57,827 nucleotides of DNA from Candidatus Obscuribacteraceae bacterium (lineage in GTDB: Bacteria; Cyanobacteriota; Vampirovibrionia; Obscuribacterales; Obscuribacteraceae), in assembly GCA_044229845.1 (NCBI GenBank), contig JBGASG010000015.1, positions 1 to 57,827 of the forward strand, written 5' to 3'. Shown here piece after piece: positions 1 to 9,828 of this stretch; position 1 is the stretch's first letter, and every line of letters starts with the position of its first letter. The notes beneath the pieces are model-generated. The model searched no databases and was not told where the DNA came from. It saw nothing but the letters and a program-made list of their open reading frames with translations. Both the position numbers and the translations under genes were made by a program.

Positions 1-267
1 GGACCTGTGCCACATCTGCTGTCGCTTGCGGATCGCGTAGACAAGCTGCTGGCCGTCTGCCGCAAGTGTGGTTCTGACTTTGCATGCAGGACGCAGCGCA
101 CCACGCAGTCGAACGAACAGATTCTTGTCGGCGATGCGGAATACGAAGCCCGCTGCATCGACTGTTTCGATCCGCCCAGCGAATTTCAGCTGAAGATCTC
201 CTTGCAGGAAGCATCACCAGTCAGCTTCGCACCATCTGTGGTGCCGATACCGGATCTCACTCGATAG
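1..267 (+). CDS. tdk: Thymidine kinase, C-terminal part (5' truncated by window edge)
   Basis: GPVPHLLSLADRVDKLLAVCRKCG...TQR...QILVG..EYEARCIDCF matches the TK1-type zinc/lasso C-terminus; frame open to base 1. Confidence 0.9.
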   Translation, partial: GPVPHLLSLADRVDKLLAVCRKCGSDFACRTQRTTQSNEQILVGDAEYEARCIDCFDPPSEFQLKISLQEASPVSFAPSVVPIPDLTR

Positions 268-317
268 TTTCGGGCAGCTGATCGCGGCGACTCATTCTTT
301 AAACGCCCGTTGCGAGC

Positions 318-956
318 TCAGGACGTCGGCAGTTTGCGGGAGTGGAAAGTGCAGATCAATGCGCGTGCCAACTCGCCCGCCTCCTTGCTGTTACCCAGGC
401 GCAGCGCTTCCATAATAGGCAGGTGGGCGGCGGCAAGGTTTTCCAATTCTTCCTCGCCGATGCGATGCATAAGAGTGAGTCTAAATCTGCTCTCCAGCGC
501 GACACCAGTCCACATGTGAGTGAGCAGTTCGTTGTCGGCCGCTTCAAATATTTTGCGATGAAACTCCATGTCGTGTGCGGAGTACGTTTTCACATCCCGT
601 GCTTGCGCGGCTTTCTGGAAACTTGCCGCCTCTTTCTCGAGTTCTCCTACGTTGCCCTTCAGGCGCGGTGCTGCCAGTTCTGCCGCTAACTGCTCAAGAA
701 CGGCGCGCACTTGATAGGCATCTTCTATTTCGCGCTCGGTAATTTCGCGAACTCGAGTGCCTCTATACGACTCCGAGTCAACTAACCCTAATCCCTGCAG
801 ATCGCGCAGGGCTTCGCGCACCGGCCCCTGACTCGTACCAAGCTCCTGGGCGATCTGCAACTCCACCAGCCGGTCACCGGGCTGATAAGTTCCGGACAAG
901 ATGCGTTCCATCAGAGTCTCTTTTATAAAGTCGCGGGCTGATTGCCGCTTGGGCAT
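318..956 (-). CDS. GntR-family (FCD) transcriptional regulator
   Basis: wHTH ILSGTYQPGDRLVE..IAQELGTSQGPVREALRDL; FCD domain with D.EFH and a later His. Confidence 0.93.
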   Translation of the reverse strand: MPKRQSARDFIKETLMERILSGTYQPGDRLVELQIAQELGTSQGPVREALRDLQGLGLVDSESYRGTRVREITEREIEDAYQVRAVLEQLAAELAAPRLKGNVGELEKEAASFQKAAQARDVKTYSAHDMEFHRKIFEAADNELLTHMWTGVALESRFRLTLMHRIGEEELENLAAAHLPIMEALRLGNSKEAGELARALICTFHSRKLPTS

Positions 957-1002
957 ATGCTTAATGCTCGTCTGTCGAAATGATCGTCGTCCCCGAAAGG
1001 CA

Positions 1003-1050
1003 CAGCCTGTCCTAAAACCTGAACCGATATCGGTTGGGTTTTGGAGGCTG
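1003..1050. repeat. Imperfect inverted repeat centred on palindrome AACCGATATCGGTT (1022-1035)
   Basis: CAGCCT..AAAACC.GAACCGATATCGGTT.GGTTTT..AGGCTG; same core at 8196-8209 and 8225-8238. Confidence 0.75.
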
Positions 1051-1081
1051 GGCCGTTTCTTCCCTGTATGATACGATGTTC

Positions 1082-1109
1082 TTGATTATCAATTATCGAT
1101 AATCGATAA
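1082..1109. promoter_or_regulatory. Candidate operator for the divergent GntR regulator
   Basis: TTGATTATCAATTATCGATAATCGATAA: palindrome ATTATCGATAAT (1092-1103) plus tandem ATCGATA, between divergent genes. Confidence 0.55.
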
Positions 1110-1134
1110 ATGACGACAAGAAAGGAGCACCCCC

Positions 1135-1704
1135 ATGCAAAACATTCATGCCGCTTTTGCCTCGCACTCTGACGCTGCAAAAGCAATCAATCGACTGACG
1201 GACTTGCATTTCGCTGCCGGACAATTTTCTGTAATCGGCGAGGACTGCGATGCATTTCGTGATGCGACCGCGTCGCTGCGATCTTTGAAAGTGCCTCGCC
1301 TGATTTTTCAGTTGGGATTGGCCGGTGCCGTAGCCGGCTGCGCGGCGGGCTTTCTGGGGCTGCCGAATATTCCGGCCCGCGAGACCATGTTTTTGTTGAT
1401 GGTTCCGATTAGTGCGGCATTTGTAGGCACCGCTGTTGGATTGATGAGCGGCATGTTTATTGGTGGCATTCTCAAACTGGATGAGATTCCCGCTTCCGAG
1501 GCTGAAGTGGCCCTTGGCTCGCCGACTGCCGGAGATCTCGCCGTGTCCGTCGCGGTCGAGTCTGATGCGCGAGCGCAAATGGTGCAGCAGGTTTTCATCT
1601 CTTGCGGCGCCAAATCGGTGATGCTCGATGTCGAACCAGACTATCCAGCACAGGAATCTTCTCTAACCGAAACGCCGCTGGTGGTGCTGGCTCGCACGGC
1701 GTGA
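1135..1704 (+). CDS. Hypothetical membrane protein (general-stress/DUF3341-like: ferredoxin-like halves around two Gly/Ala-rich TM helices)
   Basis: AAGGAG RBS; beta-alpha N-terminus, GAVAG/GTAVG hydrophobic segments, C-terminal LAVSVAV...CGA. Confidence 0.75.
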   Translation: MQNIHAAFASHSDAAKAINRLTDLHFAAGQFSVIGEDCDAFRDATASLRSLKVPRLIFQLGLAGAVAGCAAGFLGLPNIPARETMFLLMVPISAAFVGTAVGLMSGMFIGGILKLDEIPASEAEVALGSPTAGDLAVSVAVESDARAQMVQQVFISCGAKSVMLDVEPDYPAQESSLTETPLVVLARTA

Positions 1705-1970
1705 GCGCACCAGATTCAGTATCTGATGCGGTATCGGATCGGGCTGCTGCCTATGCCATCGAGGACGGTATCAAACCGGTTGGTCGCATGGTGGGCGGCA
1801 ACGACCTCTCAACGCCAGTTTGTGCTTGAGCTTTGAGGCGTCCCATAAAAATAATCGTGATGTTTTGTGCCAGTGTTGGTGCATTACATCTTGGCGACGC
1901 TTCCTCATTGCAAGATCTGGGTATGTGATAGAGTGATGACCGCGGATATATATTCGTTCGAGGATGAATC

Positions 1971-2306
1971 ATGTCGCTTCCCAAATTTGCTGCCCTGCTG
2001 GTGCTCGCTGCTGTATCGCTGACAGCCTTGTCGCCAGTTGCCGATGCGGCTAACAAGCGCAGAATCGCGTCCCGGGGTATTCGTGCCGGACTGGTGCCGC
2101 CGCCCCCCGCATATATGCCGACCATCCTGCCTGAGCTCTATTACCGCGGTGGTGTTCAACAAGTGACCACCACCGCTGTCGAGAAGAAGGAAGAAAATCC
2201 GCTTACTCAGTACGTTCAGAATCGTTCAGGCGAAGAAGTAAAAGCGATCAGCACGCGCAAAGGCGTGTCCACCTGGGCGCCACTGCGCGTCAAGAAACCT
2301 TCCTAA
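1971..2306 (+). CDS. Hypothetical secreted protein
   Basis: GAGG RBS; signal peptide ending ADA; VPPPPAY motif. Confidence 0.7.
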   Translation: MSLPKFAALLVLAAVSLTALSPVADAANKRRIASRGIRAGLVPPPPAYMPTILPELYYRGGVQQVTTTAVEKKEENPLTQYVQNRSGEEVKAISTRKGVSTWAPLRVKKPS

Positions 2307-3484
2307 CTGACTCTTTCTACAACCATCGCGATGCCCATTCCGCCTCCGACGCAGAGGCTGACCAGTCCGTAGCGGGCATTGCGACGCCGTAATTCGTAGG
2401 CGATTGAAAGCAAAAGGCGTGCGCCGGAAGCGCCGAACGGGTGCCCAAGGGCGATGGCACCACCATTGACGTTGACCTTCTCACGGTCGAGCTTCAGCTC
2501 TTGTTCGCAGGCCAGATACTGAACCGCGAATGCTTCGTTGATCTCGATCAGTGCCACATCATCCAGTGTCAGTCCGGCTTTCTTCAATGCCGGTGGTATC
2601 GCCGCCACGGGACCGATGCCCATAATCTCCGGTGCGACACCGGCGGCATGACACGAGACGACGCGCGCAATCGGCTTCTTGCCCAGCTTTTCGGCACGCT
2701 CTGCGGTGGTTACCACCAGCGCCGCTGCACCATCTACGATACCGCAGGCGTTGCCGGCGGTGACGGTGCCATCCTTCTTGAAGGCTGGACGCAAGGTGGA
2801 AAGCGTTTCTTTAGTGGTCTCCGGTCTTGGATGCTCGTCCTTGTCGATGACGGTTACCTTGCCTTTTTTGTCTTTGATTTCGACGCCGACAATTTCCTCC
2901 GCCAGGCGACCCGCATCAATAGCGGCTTTCGCTAGTTTCTGACTGCGAAATGCAAATTCGTCCTGGGCGTCTCTGGTGATGTTGTACTTGGCTTGCAGGT
3001 TTTCAGCAGTTTCTCCCATGGAGTTGTTAGGCAGCGTATCCCTGATGTCGAGCCCGTCCCAGAGTTCCATGTGACCCATGCGTCCGCCCCAGCGGTTGCC
3101 CCAGCTGATGTAAGGCGTCATGGACAGCGCGTCCGTGCCGCCTGCGACGACGACCTCTGCCTGGTCGGTTTCGATCAAACCGGCTGCCGTCGCTACTGCT
3201 TGCACACCTGAGCCGCACAGTTGATTCAGGATCAGCGCCGGCGTGTCCAGCTCCATATTGCTGCGCAGTGCCACATGGCGAGCCAGATAGATGGAGTCTT
3301 TGCTTGTTTGCAACACGTTGCCCATGACCACATAGTCGACCTGCTGCGGTTCTACCTGCGCCCGCTTCATCGCCCCTTCCGTAGCCGCTACCGCTAGATC
3401 CGTCGCGGTCTGGCTGGCCAGTCCACCGCCGAATGCTCCGAATGCGGTTCGCGCACCGTCGACGATGACAATCTCTTTTTTCAT
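2303..3484 (-). CDS. Acetyl-CoA C-acyltransferase (thiolase)
   Basis: NQLCGSG, NEAFA, GGAIALGHPFGASG, CVGGG motifs. Confidence 0.96.
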   Translation of the reverse strand: MKKEIVIVDGARTAFGAFGGGLASQTATDLAVAATEGAMKRAQVEPQQVDYVVMGNVLQTSKDSIYLARHVALRSNMELDTPALILNQLCGSGVQAVATAAGLIETDQAEVVVAGGTDALSMTPYISWGNRWGGRMGHMELWDGLDIRDTLPNNSMGETAENLQAKYNITRDAQDEFAFRSQKLAKAAIDAGRLAEEIVGVEIKDKKGKVTVIDKDEHPRPETTKETLSTLRPAFKKDGTVTAGNACGIVDGAAALVVTTAERAEKLGKKPIARVVSCHAAGVAPEIMGIGPVAAIPPALKKAGLTLDDVALIEINEAFAVQYLACEQELKLDREKVNVNGGAIALGHPFGASGARLLLSIAYELRRRNARYGLVSLCVGGGMGIAMVVERVS

Positions 3485-3786
3485 AAAACCTGCTCCCTGG
3501 CGGGATTTCCGCCTGTCAGCCCGTATAGGGCCGAGCCCCTGTTCGAGTGTACCGCCTTCGAGATCTGCTCTGCATGCGTCTTAGCGCGCGCTAATATGCG
3601 GGCGTCCGTCTGATAGAAAGTAGAAAATTTCCCACCTGGAGCCTATTTTGCGGATCATAAAACAAGAAGAAACACGTAAACTTATGTACAGGAGCCACGT
3701 TACAATGTGCTCACTGTTTGACTACAGCCGGCAATCGTGCCGGCAAGCAGCCGTTACAGACTTTCCCCTCAATGGAGGTTGGGACC

Positions 3787-4887
3787 TTGGCTAAAGTTGG
3801 AGTGCCCAAAGAGATCAAAAACAACGAGTATCGTGTTGCTCTGACGATCGCGGGCTGTAACGCTCTCGTCGCCGACAAAAACAAAGTGTTCATCGAAAAG
3901 AATGCCGGCATCGGTAGCGGCATCACCGACGAAGAGTACAAAGCGGCCGGCGCCACCATCGTTCCGGATGCGCAAGCCGTTTTCGGCGAAGCCGACCTGG
4001 TTTTGAAAGTCAAAGAACCGCAAGCAGAAGAAGTGAAGATGCTGCGCAAAGACCAGCTCCTCTTCACCTACTTGCACCTGGCTGCCGACCCCAAGCTGGC
4101 TGTTGACCTGACCAAGACCGGTGCCACCTGCATCGCTTACGAGACAGTGCAACTTTCCAACGGCGCTCTGCCGCTTCTCACCCCGATGAGCGAAATCGCC
4201 GGACGTCTGGCGACTCAAATCGGTGCCAACTATCTCGAGCGCCCGATGGGCGGCCGCGGCGTATTGCTGGGCGGCGTTCCGGGCGTGGAGCCCGGCGAAG
4301 TCATCATCATTGGTGGTGGCGTAGTCGGAACCAACGCAGCCAAGATCGCTCTCGGTCTCGGCGCTCGCGTCACGCTCTTCGATCTGTCTCTCGAGCGTCT
4401 GCGTTATCTCGATGACGTGTTCCAAGGTCAAGTGCGCACCGTGTACTCGATCGGACACTACCTCGATAACTTGTTGCCCGAAGCCGACCTGGTTATCGGC
4501 GCTGTGCTCATCCCGGGCAAACAAGCTCCGCGTGTCGTCACCCGTCCAATGATCAGCAAGATGAAGAAAGGCGCCGTCATCGTCGACGTCAGTGTCGACC
4601 AGGGCGGTTGCATCGAAACCATCCATCCGACCACCCACTCCAACCCGATCTACGAAGTAGACGGCGTCGTCCACTACGGCGTCGCCAACATCCCGGGTGC
4701 AGTACCGTGGACCTCGACCCGTGCCTTGACCAACGCCACTTTGACCTATTGCTTGAAGTTGGCGAAATTCGGCTACCAAGCATGCCTCGACGATCCCGCC
4801 TTGAACAAGGGCGTCAACATCCACGAAGGCAAAATCGTGCACGCCGGCGTTCAGGAAGCAGTCACCGCCCAGATGGCGACTGCCTAA
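3787..4887 (+). CDS. ald: Alanine dehydrogenase
   Basis: [39 protein letters not shown] start at 3787 follows GGAGG (3774-3778). Confidence 0.97.
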   Translation: MAKVGVPKEIKNNEYRVALTIAGCNALVADKNKVFIEKNAGIGSGITDEEYKAAGATIVPDAQAVFGEADLVLKVKEPQAEEVKMLRKDQLLFTYLHLAADPKLAVDLTKTGATCIAYETVQLSNGALPLLTPMSEIAGRLATQIGANYLERPMGGRGVLLGGVPGVEPGEVIIIGGGVVGTNAAKIALGLGARVTLFDLSLERLRYLDDVFQGQVRTVYSIGHYLDNLLPEADLVIGAVLIPGKQAPRVVTRPMISKMKKGAVIVDVSVDQGGCIETIHPTTHSNPIYEVDGVVHYGVANIPGAVPWTSTRALTNATLTYCLKLAKFGYQACLDDPALNKGVNIHEGKIVHAGVQEAVTAQMATA

Positions 4888-4908
4888 GCGACCAATTGAG
4901 CATCTGAT

Positions 4909-4942
4909 AAACGGGACCGCCACGGCGGTCCCGTTTTGCTTT
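4909..4942 (+). terminator. Rho-independent terminator after ald
   Basis: AAACGGGACCGCC-AC-GGCGGTCCCGTTT followed by T-rich tail. Confidence 0.88.
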
Positions 4943-5003
4943 CAACATTGCGCAAGGCAAGCCCAGCAAGGGTTAAAGACCCAGACCGGGTAAATATCCA
5001 TAT

Positions 5004-6920
5004 ATGTCGATATTGAGTGGACTGAGCCGGTTGAAGCTTTCACACAAGGGATTGATCCTTGTGGCAGTGCCGCTGATTTTTGAAATCGTCTTCGTCGTCT
5101 GGTTGGGGGCTCTACTTGAGCAGACCGAACGCGAAGTGCAGCGCGAGCAACATTCACGCGAAGTGGTCGGCACCACAAACCAACTCGTCAAAAACATATT
5201 GTTCGTCGCCAGCATCAGCTCCAGCAACAGCGGTGAAGGATTGATGGCGCCGAAGAGCGACGATGGACGCCTCTTCAGACAAAACCTGGTAGAGATTCCG
5301 CAAAACTTGAAACGACTCAAAGAACTGGTCAAAGATCGTCCTACGCAGAGATCCTTGGTGATCGACATCGAAGGACACGTGCGGTCTGCCTTCTCCAACA
5401 TCGATGCGTTTCAAGCGGACTTGCAACAAGGACACATCGATTTCGGCAATTATCACGATCGGTTGAAAGAGCTTAAGAACAAGATTCAGCCTGATGTCTC
5501 GCGCATCGGAGCCGGACTCATGGAAATGATGGAGCAGGAAAAGAAGGTCGAGCAAGCCAGTCCCGCCAAGCAAAAACGCATTCGCAATCAGACCAAGATG
5601 TTGCTCGGTTGCGCTGTGCTGTTCAACGTGTTAATTGCAGTCTGGCTGGCGCTTTATTTCAATCGCGGCACGGCGCAAAAACTCAATGTTCTCGTCGACA
5701 ACACAGGCAGGCTGGCGCGGCGCGAAGAACTGAATCCACCACTGGAAGGCAGCGATGAAATTTCGCAGCTCGATCGCGTGTTCAGGGAAATGGCGGTTGC
5801 ACTGGCGGCCGCTGCTCGCAAGGAACGGGCGATCATCAACAACGCAGTCGACGTCATCTGTTCGATTTACGCAACCGGCAAATTCACCGCTATGAATCCA
5901 GCTTCGCTGAATGTGCTGGGCTACGATCCAGGCGAGCTGATCGGCACCAACATCATCGATCTGACTCTGGAGGAAGACGTGCCGGCCACGTTGCAGGCGC
6001 TTGAGCACGCGATGACAGGCGAGACGCTTTCCTTCGAGAATCGCGTTCGCAAAAAAGACGGATTCGTTGTCGACATATTGTGGTCGGTGCATTGGGCGCC
6101 GGAGGAAAATTCGCTGTTCTGCGTCGCGCACGACATCACAGAACGCAAGCAGATCGAACGCATGAAACGCGAGTTTGTTGCCATGGTCAGTCACGACCTG
6201 CGCACACCGCTGACCTCGATTCAAGGCTTTCTCTCCCTGGTGAATGTGGGCATGTACGGACAGCTCAATGAGAGCGGGCAGGAAAGCTGCAATATCGCTG
6301 AAGGAAACGTCAATCGGTTGATTGCCTTGATCAACGATCTTCTCGATATCGAGAAGATGGAATCAGGCAAATTGGAACTCACCATGGATGGTGTCACAGT
6401 ACGCACCATTTTCGAGCGCACGCATGGAGCAGTGGCCGGATTTGCGGAACAGCAAGGCATCAAACTCAAAGTTGTCGACAGCGATCTCGAGCTGGAGGCT
6501 GACGGGGACAGGCTTGTACAGGTTTTGATCAATCTGGTCTCAAACGCGGTAAAGTTCTCTCCCAAAGGGAGTGCGGTCACCATGTCAGCAAGTTCACCGG
6601 ACAAGGGTGAAACTATTGAATTCAAAGTCATCGATCACGGACGCGGGATTCCTGAGAGTCATCGTGAATCGATCTTCGATCGCTTTCAGCAAGTCGAAGC
6701 CAATGACGCCAAGAAGAAGGGCGGCAGCGGGCTGGGACTGGCGATTTGCAAAGCGATTGTCGAGCGACACGGAGGCACAATCGGTGTCGAAAGCCAGGAA
6801 GGCAGCGGCAGCACATTCTGGTTCCGCATCCCGGCTGATCCGGATGACGGCTCGGATGAACCTGCTGATGCGCATTCGCAAGTTGTGGAAATCAACCGGA
6901 CTGAACGAACGTCTGCCTGA
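5004..6920 (+). CDS. Membrane sensor histidine kinase (periplasmic helical domain, HAMP, PAS, HisKA, HATPase)
   Basis: Two TMs, DEISQL HAMP, PAS, SHDLRTPL H-box, NLVSNAVKF, DHGRGI, GSGLGLAI. Confidence 0.95.
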   Translation: MSILSGLSRLKLSHKGLILVAVPLIFEIVFVVWLGALLEQTEREVQREQHSREVVGTTNQLVKNILFVASISSSNSGEGLMAPKSDDGRLFRQNLVEIPQNLKRLKELVKDRPTQRSLVIDIEGHVRSAFSNIDAFQADLQQGHIDFGNYHDRLKELKNKIQPDVSRIGAGLMEMMEQEKKVEQASPAKQKRIRNQTKMLLGCAVLFNVLIAVWLALYFNRGTAQKLNVLVDNTGRLARREELNPPLEGSDEISQLDRVFREMAVALAAAARKERAIINNAVDVICSIYATGKFTAMNPASLNVLGYDPGELIGTNIIDLTLEEDVPATLQALEHAMTGETLSFENRVRKKDGFVVDILWSVHWAPEENSLFCVAHDITERKQIERMKREFVAMVSHDLRTPLTSIQGFLSLVNVGMYGQLNESGQESCNIAEGNVNRLIALINDLLDIEKMESGKLELTMDGVTVRTIFERTHGAVAGFAEQQGIKLKVVDSDLELEADGDRLVQVLINLVSNAVKFSPKGSAVTMSASSPDKGETIEFKVIDHGRGIPESHRESIFDRFQQVEANDAKKKGGSGLGLAICKAIVERHGGTIGVESQEGSGSTFWFRIPADPDDGSDEPADAHSQVVEINRTERTSA

Positions 6921-7594
6921 TGCCTAAGATTCTCATAGTCGAAGATGATCCTGGACTGCAAAAAACAGTGCGTGATTGGCTCACCTTCGAGCACCACATG
7001 GTAGAAACTGCCAGCAACGGACGCGATGGACTGGAGAAGATCCAGGTCTATGAGTACGACCTGGTGATTCTCGACTGGGAGTTGCCGGAGATGACCGGTG
7101 TCGAGATACTTCGTGAGATTCGCGGTCGCGGCTCCAACATGCCGGTGCTGATGCTCACCGGCAAGAGCAGTGTCAACGACAAGGAAGAGGGACTTGATGC
7201 TGGCGCAGATGACTATCTGACGAAACCTTTTCATATGAAGGAACTCTCGGCGCGCGTGCGTTCTGTGTTGCGCCGAGCTGGAGGCAACGTCGCCAATACG
7301 CTCAAGGTGCAGGATGTCGAACTGGACCCGGCCAGCTTCCGAGCTACTCGTGGCGGACGAGAGATTCAGCTTTTGCCCAAAGAGTTTGCTTTGCTCGAGT
7401 TTCTCATGCGGCACGTCAATCAAGTTTTCAGTGCAGAAGCGCTGCTCAGCCGCGTCTGGGCTTCCGAGTCCGAGGTGAGTGTCGACGCCATCAGCACCTG
7501 CGTCAAACGCCTGCGCAAAAAACTGGACGAACCCGGCAGCAAAGAATCATTTATAAGAACGGTTCACGGCGTCGGCTACAAAGTCGAAAGTTAG
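6920..7594 (+). CDS. OmpR/PhoB-family response regulator
   Basis: ILIVEDD, LDWELP, GADDYLTKPF, TVHGVGYK; start overlaps the kinase stop. Confidence 0.96.
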   Translation: MPKILIVEDDPGLQKTVRDWLTFEHHMVETASNGRDGLEKIQVYEYDLVILDWELPEMTGVEILREIRGRGSNMPVLMLTGKSSVNDKEEGLDAGADDYLTKPFHMKELSARVRSVLRRAGGNVANTLKVQDVELDPASFRATRGGREIQLLPKEFALLEFLMRHVNQVFSAEALLSRVWASESEVSVDAISTCVKRLRKKLDEPGSKESFIRTVHGVGYKVES

Positions 7595-7595
7595 G

Positions 7596-8123
7596 CTAAT
7601 CCTTGTCGAGCCAGTTGCGCAGGATTATGTCGACGGCCAGACCAGCCAGGCACCAGGACAGATAGAAAACCTGAGCGGCCGCTATCCATGCTGGGAAGGT
7701 GGTAATCAGCGGATAGGCAATTGCTATTCCCAAGGCTCCTACTCCTAGAAACACAAGGCGACTTGCTCTCAGCAGAAGCACCATCCGTTGTCGCGGCGGA
7801 AGACTCATCAACTTGTCTCTAGCCTTGGCCTCGATCGGTACATGCGCGGTATCTTCAATCCGCAGCTCGAGTCTCGCCAAGACAACAGACGTGACCACCT
7901 TATCGCCCAGGAACCAGCACATGAGTAGCCATAACGGCGTGACTACCAGGCGAATATGTGGAGGGATAAGTGGATAAAAGACGACGATGCTGAGGGTACC
8001 CACGCCCACGGTGATGATTGTGCTTACCTTCCGCAGGAACGCTTGCTTTTCCTCTGCGGTCATTCTCCAGAAAGCATCTCTCAGGATGCGCACATAGTTG
8101 TGCCAGCCTTGTTTAAGGGACAT
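7596..8123 (-). CDS. Hypothetical membrane protein (4 TM, internal two-fold repeat)
   Basis: GGAG RBS; two similar helix + TM-pair units (M(T/S)...YPLI...W.L). Confidence 0.7.
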   Translation of the reverse strand: MSLKQGWHNYVRILRDAFWRMTAEEKQAFLRKVSTIITVGVGTLSIVVFYPLIPPHIRLVVTPLWLLMCWFLGDKVVTSVVLARLELRIEDTAHVPIEAKARDKLMSLPPRQRMVLLLRASRLVFLGVGALGIAIAYPLITTFPAWIAAAQVFYLSWCLAGLAVDIILRNWLDKD

Positions 8124-8189
8124 CGAAGCTTCTCCCGGCGTTCTGGAGTTTCTTCAGTTTAGATCGGGTCGCCAAGGGGGTGCTTGCCG

Positions 8190-8244
8190 GATCTGAACCG
8201 ATATCGGTTCAGATCTAAGAACCCAACCGATATCGGTTTGGGTT
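8190..8244. repeat. Two adjacent palindromes sharing the AACCGATATCGGTT core
   Basis: Perfect 26-bp GATCTGAACCGATATCGGTTCAGATC (8190-8215) and AACCCAACCGATATCGGTTTGGGTT (8220-8244). Confidence 0.85.
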
Positions 8245-8439
8245 GGACTTCGGGAGCTCCAGGAAATGATTTCAAGCAGGGAGAGGGTTTCGAGCGTTTA
8301 ATCTGATGCCAAAAATTTGCCAAATTTCTGCCCGAACCATGCCAGAACTCTTCCCTATTCTGTAGTCAAGAAGGAGCCCGCCCCGCCAACGCTCCAAGGC
8401 TGGCTCCAACGCTAGGCAAAGCGGGGGTCCGTCACTCAA

Positions 8440-8802
8440 ATGTCAACGTTTTCATCGAAATCCAGCCAATACAACCGTCCGAATACCCGGAAACAGAGAG
8501 CCCGTCTCACGTCCGAACAAGCCAGATCCCTGAGAAGTACAAGTTCTGAATCGGTATGCCCAATGCAAAAGTTTGCGGCTACCTGGAAAGAGAAAGTAGA
8601 AAGTGCCTTCGCTGCGATATGCGCCCCGAAAGTCGAAAAAACACATCCGATGTGTACAAACTATGGACACATCATCGACGGTTCATGGGCAGGACATACC
8701 CCGAAGTGCCTGGATTGCGGAACGAAAGTTACCGCGCCGGAAATGCTGCGCAAAGCAAATCCAAACCCCGTTGCTCAAAGTCAAAAAGTAGCAGCGCGCT
8801 GA
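8440..8802 (+). CDS. Hypothetical protein with putative Zn-binding C-x3-G-H...CxxC motif
   Basis: CTNYGH...CLDCG; followed by a terminator. Confidence 0.7.
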   Translation: MSTFSSKSSQYNRPNTRKQRARLTSEQARSLRSTSSESVCPMQKFAATWKEKVESAFAAICAPKVEKTHPMCTNYGHIIDGSWAGHTPKCLDCGTKVTAPEMLRKANPNPVAQSQKVAAR

Positions 8803-8822
8803 CAAAGTTTATATCAGGGGCA

Positions 8823-8858
8823 AAGGGAGGCGACCGAAAGGTCGCTTCTTCTCTTTTT
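8823..8858 (+). terminator. Rho-independent terminator
   Basis: GAGGCGACC-GAAA-GGTCGCTTC stem with T-rich tail. Confidence 0.8.
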
Positions 8859-8895
8859 GCATTTTTTGCGGCCTTCTGCGCGGCTCTCCGTGCGG

Positions 8896-9789
8896 CTACT
8901 TGTGCAGCACGTGCTTGAGGGCATCTTCCAGCTCGGGATACTTGAACTTGTAACCAGCCTTGGCCAGCCGTTTCGGAATAACGTTGGCGCTCGCGAGAAT
9001 CAGCTCGTCTGCCATTTCGCCGACCGCAATGTGGAGCACGCCGACCGGCACCGGAAAGATGGCCGGACGATGCAAGACCTTGGCCAGTTTCTGGGTGAAT
9101 TCGCTGTTGCGCACCGGATTTGGTGCAACCATGTTGGTCGGACCTTCGACGTCTTCGCTTCCCAGCGCAAATAGGATGGCGCCTACCACGTCGTCCAGAT
9201 CCACCCAGCTCATGTATTGCTTGCCGTTGCCCAGCGGTCCGCCCAAACCCATTTTGAAAGGCGGCAGCATTTTGGAAAGTGCGCCCCCTTCGCTGGAGAG
9301 GACGATGCCTGTGCGCAAGAGGATGGTCCTGATGCCGGCAACCCGCGCCGCTCCCGTGGCGTTTTCCCACTGCTGGCAAACCTCAGGAAGGAAGCCTGTA
9401 CCGGGCAGGGCGCTCTCAGTCAGCAGTTCGTCGCCGCGATTTCCGTAGTAGCCGATGGCGCTGCCGCTGACAAAAACGGCCGGCGGCGGATCTAATTGAG
9501 CCAGCGTCAAACTGAGATGTTCCGTTCCTTCTTTGCGGCTCTGGCGAATCTTGCGTTTGGCTTCCACTGTCCATTTCTCTGCCACCGGTTCGCCGGCCAG
9601 ATGCACGACTGCATCGATGCCCTTGATTTTCTGGGTCTCCATCGTGGCGTTATCTATGTCCCAGAAGACCGAGTCCGGATCGCCGGTTTTGGTGCGCACC
9701 AGGCGCAGAACCTGATCGCCACGTAACTTGAGCGCCGCTAGAAGATTCCTGCCAATTAGACCACTGGAACCCGAGATCAGCACTTTCAC
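8896..9789 (-). CDS. TIGR01777-family NAD-dependent epimerase/oxidoreductase (YfcH-like)
   Basis: VLISGSSGLIG, HLAGE, SGSAIGYYG, LGGPLGNGKQYMSWV; GTG start inferred (alternative 9810). Confidence 0.93.
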   Translation of the reverse strand: MKVLISGSSGLIGRNLLAALKLRGDQVLRLVRTKTGDPDSVFWDIDNATMETQKIKGIDAVVHLAGEPVAEKWTVEAKRKIRQSRKEGTEHLSLTLAQLDPPPAVFVSGSAIGYYGNRGDELLTESALPGTGFLPEVCQQWENATGAARVAGIRTILLRTGIVLSSEGGALSKMLPPFKMGLGGPLGNGKQYMSWVDLDDVVGAILFALGSEDVEGPTNMVAPNPVRNSEFTQKLAKVLHRPAIFPVPVGVLHIAVGEMADELILASANVIPKRLAKAGYKFKYPELEDALKHVLHK

Positions 9790-9828
9790 GATGGCATTTA
9801 CTCCTGGCACCGTCTGCGGTGCGATGCG

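Noticed and set aside
3769..4923. 384-aa minus-strand ORF
   Set aside because: Antisense shadow of the strongly codon-biased ald gene
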